DNA of 64,000 nt from Naegleria gruberi (Eukaryota): NCBI GenBank assembly GCA_000004985.1, contig GG738847.1. One strand, 5' to 3'. Shown here piece after piece: positions 11,401 through 20,598 of the stretch. The position numbers and the translations under genes were made by a program. Under the pieces are notes generated by a model that ran no database searches, was not told the DNA's origin, and saw only the letters and a list, made by a program, of their open reading frames with translations. Every line of letters begins with the position of its first letter. Positions within the stretch are counted from its first letter, which is position 1.

Positions 11401-12193
11401 TTTGACCTATAGAGACTTTTCCAAGAATATTCTAGCTAGATTGCAGTGGAGTAAGAGTTGCCCAACACTTGTCACTCACTTGAACCCATATAGTATGAAG
11501 GTAATTCATCCCAATCAACATCGAGTTATTTCTGTAAGGGAGGCTGCTAGATGTCAGGGCTTCCCTGACGATTTTATATTTACTGGAAGCATTCACGATA
11601 AGTACAAACAAATTGGTAATGCTGTTCCTGTGAATATGGCCAAGGCGTTGGGAGGTGAAATTATTAAGGCCTATACAAATCATCTTTTAGACAAGAATGG
11701 AAATAGAAGAGAGGTTGAAGCAACAACAACGAAGAAATTGAGAGAAAATATGTACAAATGGTTTTCAGATCTGAAGTCATGGGCCAGTAAGGACTATGAA
11801 CCAAAACCTTTACTCAAGGAACTCATAGATATTCTAAAACCAATTGACAAATCTCTATGTGATGGATATCTAGTTCCACCGACAGACGAGGATATTCAAT
11901 TCTTGAAAAAAGAAATACCGAGACTGGTTCAGAAACATGCCAGTGATACAGAAGAGGTTATTACCCAAGAAGTCAAGGTCATTTATAATGATTCGTCAGA
12001 TGACGATGAAGCTGATGCAGAATGCTCAAATTCAGAAGAATCTGACAATCAAGACGAAGAAACTGAAATTCAAAAAGCTGCTTCTCAAAGAAAATCAAAG
12101 AAAGCTCCAGCCAAAAAGAAACCTGTTCTATCTGAAAGCTCTTCTGAAGAAGAAGAAGCTATCATTAGTATTTCTGATTCTGATTCTGATTAA
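8420..12193 (+). CDS. DNMT1-like maintenance-type C5 cytosine DNA methyltransferase (RFD - acidic/Ser-rich linker - BAH - MTase), ~1200 aa in 5 exons. Exons ~8420-8965, 9007-9168, 9207-9941, 9985-10929, 10973-12193; introns 41, 38, 43, 43 nt.
   Basis: Exon 1 has a replication-foci-domain-like region (…FGPIKEWAIEYRFLPVVSILVETSSKDTEWIELISPTKEYFHIFN…). Exon 3 has a BAH domain (YFKSCKISKEEYNIGDFIYLKTP…RVRWLRRYQDI…CYDHQELYLTDEYDD, continued by IKGRCAVFFV…DIFYCKSK). MTase motif I is DIFSGCGGLSLGLERAG, IV is GGPPCQGFS, VI is LIENV, VIII is AQHFG|LPQTRTRVIFFGA (across an intron), IX-X is RVISVREAARCQGFPDDF…GNAVPV. Junctions are GTAGGT, GTAAGT, GTGAGT and GTAAGT donors with YAG acceptors. Acidic SDSDSD C-terminus. 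Confidence 0.8.
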
Positions 12194-12392
12194 AACATTT
12201 TTATTTCAGATAAATATCACATAACTTTAGTTTTCTTGTCATTTATCTATTAAGGCAGCGAAATTGAATTGGTTTATCATTCAACATATATAGCTTCCTC
12301 AAAGAGTGTTATATCGAAAGCTTATCAAACTGTCAAACGTTTGATGAATTTAACATTTAATATTTAAACACATTTTACAATAATTAAAAAAA

Positions 12393-12650
12393 ATGGAACA
12401 AGACAAATTACAACCACTCTCACCAGGTACACTCACTCAATTTACCTTGAACATGATTGAAGATTGTTTTGATGTTTGCAACAAGAAACAAACTACAAGT
12501 AATAATTCATCATCATCATCACTCCACAAGGAATGTATCGGAAATTGTTATCAACTCTATCAACAAGGCTTTATCTATTTATTAAATCATTATCAAAATA
12601 ATAACAATCAATCTAATTCTATCAATAATAATAATAATAATATTAATTAA
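12393..12650 (+). CDS. Small Tim-like (twin CX3C) protein, 85 aa with a poly-Asn C-terminal tail.
   Basis: Two C-x3-C motifs, CFDVC and CIGNC, spaced as in Tim8/9/10/13 family members. The tail is encoded by an (AAT)n microsatellite. Confidence 0.4.
   Translation: MEQDKLQPLSPGTLTQFTLNMIEDCFDVCNKKQTTSNNSSSSSLHKECIGNCYQLYQQGFIYLLNHYQNNNNQSNSINNNNNNIN
12611..12650. repeat. (AAT/AAC)n microsatellite encoding a poly-Asn tail.
   Basis: aataataataataataatattaattaataat at the 3' end of the Tim-like ORF. Confidence 0.6.
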
Positions 12651-12677
12651 TAATTATTACAACAATAATTTCAACAA

Positions 12678-13310
12678 TTAAAGGCTAAAAACAAGAGTGA
12701 AATTATTAGCTGGCATACTCACTCTCTCAATTAATTTCAATCCGAATTGATTGGCTTCCTTTTCTACTTGTTCTACATCTCTAATGCCCCACAATGGATT
12801 TCTCAATTTTAAATTCTCATCAAAGTTTCTATTGCCTTCACTTGTAAATTCACCATTAACATTGAAAGGACCATACAAGAATAGATAACCATTGCCAGTA
12901 GCAGCAGATGATGATGATGATTTTAAAATCTCACTCGCATGCTTCATCAACATGGTACAACACTTGAACGGCGAAATGTGTACAAGATTAATGGCAATAA
13001 TGGCTTTAAATTTGCATTCAAAGGGCAATGATTCCTCTCTGGAAATATCAATAATGGTGGGTGTTAAAACATTGGATAGTGATGAGGTTCTTTCCTTGAT
13101 AATTGCAAAATTCTCATCAGTCATTTCGGAAGGATGAAAAATCAGGTTTTGGAACTCTTTGGCAAAGTGTGAAACATGTTGACCATAACCTGAGGCAATT
13201 TCCAAGATTTGCTCTCCAGAATCTTTTTCATTGGAGAGGTATTTGAGGAGAACTTGCAAGATTGGTTCCTTGTTTCTTTCAGCTGCTTCACTATAGTTTG
13301 GCAAGGACAT
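12678..13310 (-). CDS. Class I SAM-dependent methyltransferase of the DUF938/METTL26-like family, 210 aa.
   Basis: EIASGYGQHVSHFAKEF…IINLVHISPF…GYLFLYGPF pattern. Convergent with the Tim-like gene, only ~27 bp between stops. Confidence 0.45.
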   Translation of the reverse strand: MSLPNYSEAAERNKEPILQVLLKYLSNEKDSGEQILEIASGYGQHVSHFAKEFQNLIFHPSEMTDENFAIIKERTSSLSNVLTPTIIDISREESLPFECKFKAIIAINLVHISPFKCCTMLMKHASEILKSSSSSAATGNGYLFLYGPFNVNGEFTSEGNRNFDENLKLRNPLWGIRDVEQVEKEANQFGLKLIERVSMPANNFTLVFSL

Positions 13311-13372
13311 TTGTAATGTGTGTATTTTTTTTATTGTAAACTTGAATTGGGAATCGAATCTTTCCAGTTGAC

Positions 13373-14233
13373 TTATGGTAAGGCATGGATGGATGAAGGT
13401 GGATTCTTCATTTTCTTACAAACTCTTCTTCTTGCATTAATGAAATAATTATTAACTTGAGCAACTGTGATGTTTGCTAATTTAGATAAATATTGTTTGT
13501 CGCTTTGATCTGGATATGGATTGTGCCAATTATCATACAACCACTGTTTTAGAATTAAATTTGCTGTTTCTGAAAGATATCTGGTTGACTTTTGTTTACA
13601 TATTTTCTTATTTCCGAAAGTGGTAATTCCCTTATTGTCAAAATGGTTGGTGTTGTAACGAGTATTTGTATTTTCAACCCTAATAGAGTTTGAAATTCTG
13701 TGATGTGTTGTAATTTGATTAGTAGTTGATTCGTTTCTCTCTCTTTGGTTTTCGTTGTGAATAGTTTGATCGTTGATGGAGAGTGATGTTATTTTATCTG
13801 GTATTGTATTGTCAACATTGATACTCTCTTCTTTACGAACAGTAACTTCAATCTCTCGCAATAATTCTTTAATTGAAGGAAGTTTCGATTGGTTAATATT
13901 TGGTAGATGTTGGTAGTGTTGTATTGAAGAAGGTTGGTTAATTATTTGTTGCTCGTGAGGAGGAGTGGAAAATTGTGTAGAATGAGCTGTCGAGTAAGAA
14001 TTAAAGGTTTGAAAGTTATCATGGTTGAGTAGTCTATTGTTTCCTTCAAAATATGTTTGATTACTGCCATATCCTGTATTCAAAGTGTAGGTGGGGTATT
14101 GTTTACTGTTTGAAGGAACACTTCTTGCTGAGATGGGAGTAGCATTGAGTTGACTAATATGCCAAGCTTTTGAAAATGTAGTATGGTCAAAGCATGCAGT
14201 TGAAAAGTTAGTGTTTTGATGTTGAGGTTTCAT
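13373..14233 (-). CDS. TALE-class homeobox transcription factor, 286 aa.
   Basis: C-terminal homeodomain with the three-residue loop insertion and YFINARRR recognition helix (LKQWLYDNWHNPYPDQSDKQYLSKLANITVAQVNNYFINARRR). The N-terminal two thirds is low-complexity and Asn/Gln/Thr-rich. Confidence 0.75.
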   Translation of the reverse strand: MKPQHQNTNFSTACFDHTTFSKAWHISQLNATPISARSVPSNSKQYPTYTLNTGYGSNQTYFEGNNRLLNHDNFQTFNSYSTAHSTQFSTPPHEQQIINQPSSIQHYQHLPNINQSKLPSIKELLREIEVTVRKEESINVDNTIPDKITSLSINDQTIHNENQRERNESTTNQITTHHRISNSIRVENTNTRYNTNHFDNKGITTFGNKKICKQKSTRYLSETANLILKQWLYDNWHNPYPDQSDKQYLSKLANITVAQVNNYFINARRRVCKKMKNPPSSIHALP

Positions 14234-14483
14234 GTTGTTTTTTTGTCTTTTGATTTAGAATGATGGTTCTTCATATCGCAATTTATCAAAACCCTTTTAG
14301 AATTATTCCTGCTCAATTCCCAAAGGAGCTTAATTTGTATTTTGACAAGTGCTATGAAATTAAAATTGGAGGGAATCAGATTAAAGACGGAACGATACAT
14401 GATCCCATTTCCAAACTTGAGCTATCAATAAAGACATGAAAAGTTCATAAATTTAAACATTTAAAAGTTTACAATCAGTTTAT

Positions 14484-15840
14484 TTAGAAGAAGAAACAAA
14501 CAATAGCAACAACAGCCATTAAAGCAAATGAAACAGTTGAAGTAACAGCAGAAGAGGTCTTGACATAAATGCTGTTAACAACAAATCCAGTTTCAGAAAG
14601 GAGAGACTTCCATGAGTTAGCATTAGCATCATAGAACTTTAAGAAGTTTTGGCCACCAACAGCTACTGATCCAGACTTGCAACCAGTAATTGTGTATTGA
14701 CTGAAAAGACCACAAATATCCATACCGAGAACAGTTTCTTTAGGATAGTTAGTACCAATGACAGCATAATCGCCAGTACCATCACGTCTCTTAACAGAGG
14801 ATTCACTGTTTGATACTTGACATTACCACCAGCAAAGATAGAACCAACATTTGAGGCAGACAATCCCTTAATGTATCTAATCTTGTTAACTGCACCAGTG
14901 GTAACTGAACCAGCATCAGCAGACCAAGCAGCAGACTTGTGATTATAGTTACAGACACCCTTACATTCAGTCTTAGCGAAAGAAGTAGCAGCAACGAAAA
15001 TGTTATCAGTGCTGAAAATATTTGGATTATAATAGATATCAGTAACACCAGTGGCTCCATCAACAAGAGTCCAAACACCAGGGGAATTAGTAGTGTCATA
15101 GATGGCAAGACCAAATTCCTTACCATTAGCATCGTAGAATTTACCACCATAATAAACCTTATTGTATGTGATTAATTGGTATTCATTTTTGGCAACAACT
15201 GTTACAGAAGTAGCATTCACAGCAGTTTGTGTTTCCCACTTCTTATTCTTGTTGTGATAATACAAGAAGTTTGTGGCAGTACTACCGGAGACAGAGGCCT
15301 TGAAATTACCACCAACAAAAATGTCACAAGGGAAAAGACCAGAGATAGACATTGAGTCAGGAAGGGATGTACAATCGGTATCAATAGCAGTAACAACAGA
15401 TCCAGCAACGAAATCTGATGAAGAAAGACCAGTATCAATCCAAGCAGCAGTGTAAATGTTCCAGATAGCAACTGGACCAGTCTTCTTAGTTCCGACTTGA
15501 GTGAAAGCACCACCAATATAAACGTTTCCGTATACATCAACATTGACAACCTTAACTTCACCATCAGTACCATTTTCCATGGCCTTCAAAGCAGATTCCT
15601 TCAAATCATAGTAAGCAATATTGTTGTATTTAGTACCGTTCAAGGTATTGAAAGAACCACCTGCGTACAATAATGATACAAAGATGATGATATTGAAAAA
15701 ATAAATAAATTTCATCACGTGTTATCTTTCTACATACCAAGATAAATTCTTGTGGTCAAAGGAGTTGCTGGAAGAGTAATGGCAGTAACCATGCAAGCGA
15801 AGAACAAAACGCAAGCAGCAGATAACAATGTCTTATACAT
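14484..15840 (-). CDS. Secreted, probably GPI-anchored Kelch-like beta-propeller surface protein with repeated GGxF motifs. The gene is frame-disrupted near 14663-14823.
   Basis: Likely 5' exon 15738-15840 (MYKTLLSAACVLFFACMVTAITLPATPLTTRIYLG) spliced by GTATGT…TACGCAG (77 nt) to the 351-aa ORF body starting ~15660. Repeated IGGAFT, VGGNFK, YGGKFY, AGGN motifs. The C-terminal part continues in another frame (ORF 14484..14723: …VAVGGQNFLKFYDANANSWKS… then hydrophobic tail SFALMAVVAIVCFFF, a GPI/TM signal). The ORF track shows two different reading frames overlapping at 14663-14723 with no GT-AG intron to join them. Confidence 0.5.
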
Positions 15841-16558
15841 CTTGTGTTTTTGTTTTTTTTTGATCTGAGTTGGGAGAGAGTTAGGCAGCCCACAATTTAA
15901 CGAGTGTATGAACAAGCACACCAATACAACCAACGTGAAGCTATCTGTTGGGCGGGAAAGAAATTACAAAATAAAGTTCAAAGTTGAGGAATTTGTTAGC
16001 CAATAACCATACAAAATCGACATATTCAACGTTCAACACCTCTTAAGGAATATTCAACACCTTGTGAGGCTGGAGAGAACTTTTAATCCCTTATTTCTCA
16101 GCTTGTTTTAAAAAATCTCTAATTCGTTGAAGGAGGAAGAGAAGAATGAACTTTTTCATCCTAATTGAATTGAAACAAGGTGATGTTTATGATACTGTGT
16201 TTAAATACATCATTTATTAAATATTCGGTGGTGAGATGTGGTGACTCAGTGCATGACTGACTGCTAGTTAGAAAGAGTCCCCTTTGCTTGTGTGTTGAAA
16301 TCGAAACAAAAGGAAGAATAAATTTTTTAGGGCAATCGTTTACCTGGCGCAAATTTCACTTCCTAAAATGTAGCTTGAGTAAGACATTAAATCATTACAA
16401 TATGTATATTATTAAACACAACTACGGTTCGGGTGGTGGTACTCGTGCAAGTTTTGTGGTGATTTTGGGACACAATAACTCCAACAAAAAAAAGAGGCAA
16501 AATTGTCAACTTGTTATTAAATTGCTGTGTTAACTTTATTGAAGAAAATATTCATGAT

Positions 16559-16975
16559 TTACAATAAGGCATACTCCTTACTGATCATTCTTTGATACAA
16601 GTAGTAACCATTCATCATGTGAACTGTCATGTCAAAGATAGTGAGGAAGAAATCAATAGTTACGTGTTTTTCTTTACGATATTCAACAGAACTCCAATCA
16701 CGAATTCTCTTTGCATAATAACCATCTGTCCAAGTGATGACATAAAACAAATGACCAATTAAATGGAGTACAACAATGATAGAGTAAAAGCTTCCCATCA
16801 AATCACTCAATATAAAAAGAATAGAGAAACCACTCAATCCGTCATAGAGAAACCACTTTCCCATTCCTTTTAACTTGGCATTGGACGGTTGATAAACTCT
16901 GGTAAGAACCAAACCATGTGTGAGAAATAGGTAGATTTCAGAGAGGAAAAGAATTGGGTAGAGGATTTCAATCAT
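16559..16975 (-). CDS. Small polytopic membrane protein (~138 aa), family not recognised.
   Basis: ORF 16559..17062 with the first ATG at 16973-16975. About 4 hydrophobic helices and a His-rich segment, HLIGHLFYVITW. Confidence 0.3.
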   Translation of the reverse strand: MIEILYPILFLSEIYLFLTHGLVLTRVYQPSNAKLKGMGKWFLYDGLSGFSILFILSDLMGSFYSIIVVLHLIGHLFYVITWTDGYYAKRIRDWSSVEYRKEKHVTIDFFLTIFDMTVHMMNGYYLYQRMISKEYALL

Positions 16976-17419
16976 GTTGTTTTTTTGTGAGGTGTTTATA
17001 AATTGTTGGAGGGGATTTGAATTGAATAGAAATGGCTTGGTTTTGATTCTTGTTGGTGACAATTATGTAGTGTGCATGGATGATCTATGAACTAATTCTA
17101 TTTGCCATCACCTTGTTTAAATACCCTCCAACATGTTTAAACACCCTCTGAAAGGGAAAACTGAAGAAAATGAGATTTTAAAAGATTGGGTTGACTGGTT
17201 TTTTCAACACGTTTACAATGAGACGATTTTTCAACCAACTCAAACTGTAACATGAAATTGTTGAGGACTTAGACCTCAATTTGTAAACTATCTATCACAT
17301 AAAAAACCTTCAGGTAGGACGACACAACAAATCTCCGTACAAATTTCCATTGCTAATTCGCGCCAATGTTGGTTGCGCTTTTCCTCCAAATAATTTTAAA
17401 TCAAGGAAAATAAAAAAAA

Positions 17420-18187
17420 ATGTCTACGACTGCAAGCTCTCCTTATAAATCTGCCATCAATTTTATCAACCAATTCCAAACATTGACCAACTCTGGTCTT
17501 GGTAGAGACAAGGCAACAAAAATTATTCAATATGGATGTAAAATTATTGAGGAAATTTTAGAAAAATCAGCTTCTCCAGCCAATGATTATAAAGATTTGA
17601 TTGTCCGTGTTCAAAGAACAAGTGCCGGATTAGCAACTGCTCGTAGAGTGATGCGTTTCTGGAAACCATTCCAAGGATATGTTGCACTCCTTCAATTTAT
17701 TGAAAGTTTGATCAATGGAAAGAAACAAACAGTGATTGGTATTTTCGAACTTGTATCTAAATTATGTATGGCACACTACTTTTTGATGGATCACTTGACA
17801 TGGTTATCTAAAGAAAAGATTTTATCGGAATTGCCTTTAGAATTAGCAGAAAAGAGTCAATCATTTATTGCAACTACTTTCAACAACAATAAGAATGCTG
17901 ATTACTCTCGTAGCAGTTCTAATTTCTGGTTTTATGGAGTAGTCTTTGCTTTGGTTGCTCACGTTTTGAAATATTCCGAATATTTGACAAAGGAAAAGAA
18001 AGAATTTGATATTACTAGAGACGTCAATCAACAAAAGATGTTTAGAACATTTATTGCTCTCGTTTGTGATTTGGGAACAGCAGCCATTCTTGCCAAGAAG
18101 ATTAGCTACCAAAATAAGGCTGCACTTGGTGTTTTCGGTGTTGCTTCTTCATTAATCTCAATTTATGACAATTGGCCATCTCAATAA
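17420..18187 (+). CDS. PEX11: Peroxisomal membrane protein PEX11 homolog, 255 aa.
   Basis: N-terminal amphipathic region with GRDKATKIIQYGCK (PEX11 signature GRDK…QY), size ~250 aa, C-terminal hydrophobic helices. Confidence 0.55.
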   Translation: MSTTASSPYKSAINFINQFQTLTNSGLGRDKATKIIQYGCKIIEEILEKSASPANDYKDLIVRVQRTSAGLATARRVMRFWKPFQGYVALLQFIESLINGKKQTVIGIFELVSKLCMAHYFLMDHLTWLSKEKILSELPLELAEKSQSFIATTFNNNKNADYSRSSSNFWFYGVVFALVAHVLKYSEYLTKEKKEFDITRDVNQQKMFRTFIALVCDLGTAAILAKKISYQNKAALGVFGVASSLISIYDNWPSQ

Positions 18188-18577
18188 TTATTTTTAACTG
18201 TAAATTAAATGTATATTTTAACTGTAAATGATTCGTTAGTAATATAGGAAACTATGTTAAATTAAGCTGAATTAATTTATTACGAAATAAGAATGTCCTT
18301 AGCTATAGAAACGAAACAGTATCGTATTGATACCACATTTTCAAAATCTCACCATATGGTAATCTCTGAAATATATTGTATTGACACCAAAAAGTAATTT
18401 ATCAAATATTTGTTATTTAAAAACTTATCTGAAAAATCATTAAATGTGATTTTAGAGATAAAGATAATGAAAATATTGGATAATTTATAAGATAAAATAT
18501 TAATTCTTCAAAAGTTTATTGAATTTTGAAATTTAGATTAAGACCTTAACAAAGAAATATATAAAAATCTTCATACG

Positions 18578-19012
18578 TTAGTAATGGTTCCGTGTGGTGA
18601 TTGTTTGGGTGGAAATGTTTCTCTCTTTAATTTTGTACACTGTTTTCATGTAACACTCTTGGAAAGTTAAATGAGGTTTTGTCTGATTACTAACAGAAAA
18701 TTTCTCTTGGATGGCCAGCAGCTTCTTCTTCATGGATTGGGAAACGTGTGGTTCATTCAATAAAAACGAAACAACGCTGCAAATATCTAATCGCACCAAC
18801 AAATCTACTAATGTCTTGTTTTCAACTACACTAGGATCATAAAATTTTGTGAGCAGTGATGGTAACCATTTGATTGGATCTGAATATTCAGCTTTTTGTA
18901 AATTACACAATAAAGAACTTGTACTGAGAGTTTGTTCTTCATACCTGACGGGAAAGGAACGGAATTCATAGGCAAAAATTAAAACCAATAGTACAATACT
19001 GTGTTTGGACAT
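18578..19012 (-). CDS. Small secreted protein (144 aa) with an N-terminal signal peptide.
   Basis: MSKHSIVLLVLIFAYEF hydrophobic leader; no recognisable domain. Confidence 0.3.
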   Translation of the reverse strand: MSKHSIVLLVLIFAYEFRSFPVRYEEQTLSTSSLLCNLQKAEYSDPIKWLPSLLTKFYDPSVVENKTLVDLLVRLDICSVVSFLLNEPHVSQSMKKKLLAIQEKFSVSNQTKPHLTFQECYMKTVYKIKERNISTQTITTRNHY

Positions 19013-19373
19013 TTTTTTCTGTTGGATTTTATTCCATTATTAGGTTCCATTTGTAAACTTTTAATGCTAGTTCAAGATGATAAAACACAAATTCAATAAC
19101 AATGTAATAAGAGAATGGTGGGTTTCAAAACATTACCTTGAACACATAGACTTTTTCAAAATGGTTTTGCAGGACCATGGTATAGATTTGGATAGGAAGA
19201 ATAGAAACGTTGCACTGACCCCAATATTTTGAAGGATTGCAAAGAAGAGCTTAATGACTTTTGGTGGTACAATTTGATTGTTGTGATGAAATTAATCATA
19301 CCTATGATATGGGTGGTGAGAAAAGAGTCAAAAAAACAAGATAATATTTGTGGTGTCTACTAAAGTTATTTAT

Positions 19374-20342
19374 TTATATGAAATAAGAATTTTCCTGTTC
19401 TTGAGCTTTCTTTTGGTTAAGAAGATCAACTATGACTTTTTGTAGATCGCCATTATATTTCCTTAAATACTTTAAATTTTCATTCTTGTCCACGAACCCC
19501 ATATCAATCAGAATTGCTAGTTCCTTCTCGTATGTAGTAGCAAGGGTATTTACATCACTAGCAGAGGTAGTAGGAGTGTTAGAGTTGAGTGTTGAGAGGC
19601 TCTTTTCAAATGATTGACTGAGCAATTGTAAATTTACATTTTCATCATTTGCATCTGGAACTTTTGGTAGTATATGAGGATTGAATGTGTGATGGCCTCC
19701 ATAATGTTGATCTCTAATATCAGAATTATTATAACATTCCTCACAAAGGTCAAAATTTTCACAATCAGCACACTTGTATCTTTTTCCAACAAAATCTCTA
19801 ATCTGACAACCATCACAAACAGTTCCATAATGTGGTCCATTTTCACTATCTGGTATTACTAGAGAATCCTGTTGTTGTTGCAAATTTGGTAAAAATCGAT
19901 TCATTAATCCAAGTATTTCAGGAATAACTTGATGAGCATTACTAGGTGTAATATCTCTTCTAACAGTTGTATATGGTGAATATCTATTATTTGAGGTGGC
20001 ATCTCTTCTCTTTGATTCTATTGTTTTTTTAATCAATTGAATTTTGAGAAGAGCCATCTGATTCGTGTGACACATATGTAAAGCTGTAACCCATTCTAAC
20101 TCACTACTAAAATCAATCCAATCTTTTTCATCATCCTGATATCTAAATACATAAGTATCCAATGAAACACTTTCTTTGAAACTTGTATTAAAATCTGAAA
20201 TAAATTTATCCAACGATAATAAACCATAGGGAATCAACATTCTTCTCACTTGTGTTGGTGAACACTCAACTCCATTATTATGAATAAACACTTTGCTGTT
20301 GATATTTCTAATCAGCTTGCTTTCCGAATTATCAGTCTCCAT
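19374..20342 (-). CDS. p62/SQSTM1-NBR1-like selective-autophagy receptor (PB1 - ZZ zinc finger - UBA), 322 aa.
   Basis: The N-terminal PB1-like fold ends …YVFRYQDDEKDWIDFSSELEW. ZZ finger is CDGCQIRDFVGKRYKCADCENFDLCEECY. C-terminal UBA is ELAILIDMGFVDKNENLKYLRKYNGDLQKVIVDLL. ATG at 20340-20342 (minus). Confidence 0.7.
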   Translation of the reverse strand: METDNSESKLIRNINSKVFIHNNGVECSPTQVRRMLIPYGLLSLDKFISDFNTSFKESVSLDTYVFRYQDDEKDWIDFSSELEWVTALHMCHTNQMALLKIQLIKKTIESKRRDATSNNRYSPYTTVRRDITPSNAHQVIPEILGLMNRFLPNLQQQQDSLVIPDSENGPHYGTVCDGCQIRDFVGKRYKCADCENFDLCEECYNNSDIRDQHYGGHHTFNPHILPKVPDANDENVNLQLLSQSFEKSLSTLNSNTPTTSASDVNTLATTYEKELAILIDMGFVDKNENLKYLRKYNGDLQKVIVDLLNQKKAQEQENSYFI

Positions 20343-20598
20343 GATCGTCCTATTAATGCAATGGTTAGTATCTTGTTGAATTGTTTTTTTTAAATTCTAT
20401 TTTTTGTCTGGCTTCCTTTTTATCCTCTTTGGTGGAACAATTTCATTTTATTGCTTGTACCACAATGATGAGCATGGAAAAACTGAAAGGCATTCAACCA
20501 GGATGAAAGTGCGCCTCTTCAACAATCAAATTGCAGCATACCGCTGATCACTTTGTTTTTAACGTTTTATTTTTAATTAAATTTGCAATTCATAAAAA

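Noticed and set aside
15660-15718. Signal-peptide-like start MMKFIYFFNIIIFVSLLYAGG of the 351-aa ORF
   Set aside because: The hydrophobic stretch is encoded by the T-rich 3' end of a 77-nt intron (GTATGT…TACGCAG). A better upstream ATG exon with its own signal peptide exists. It is kept as an alternative model only.
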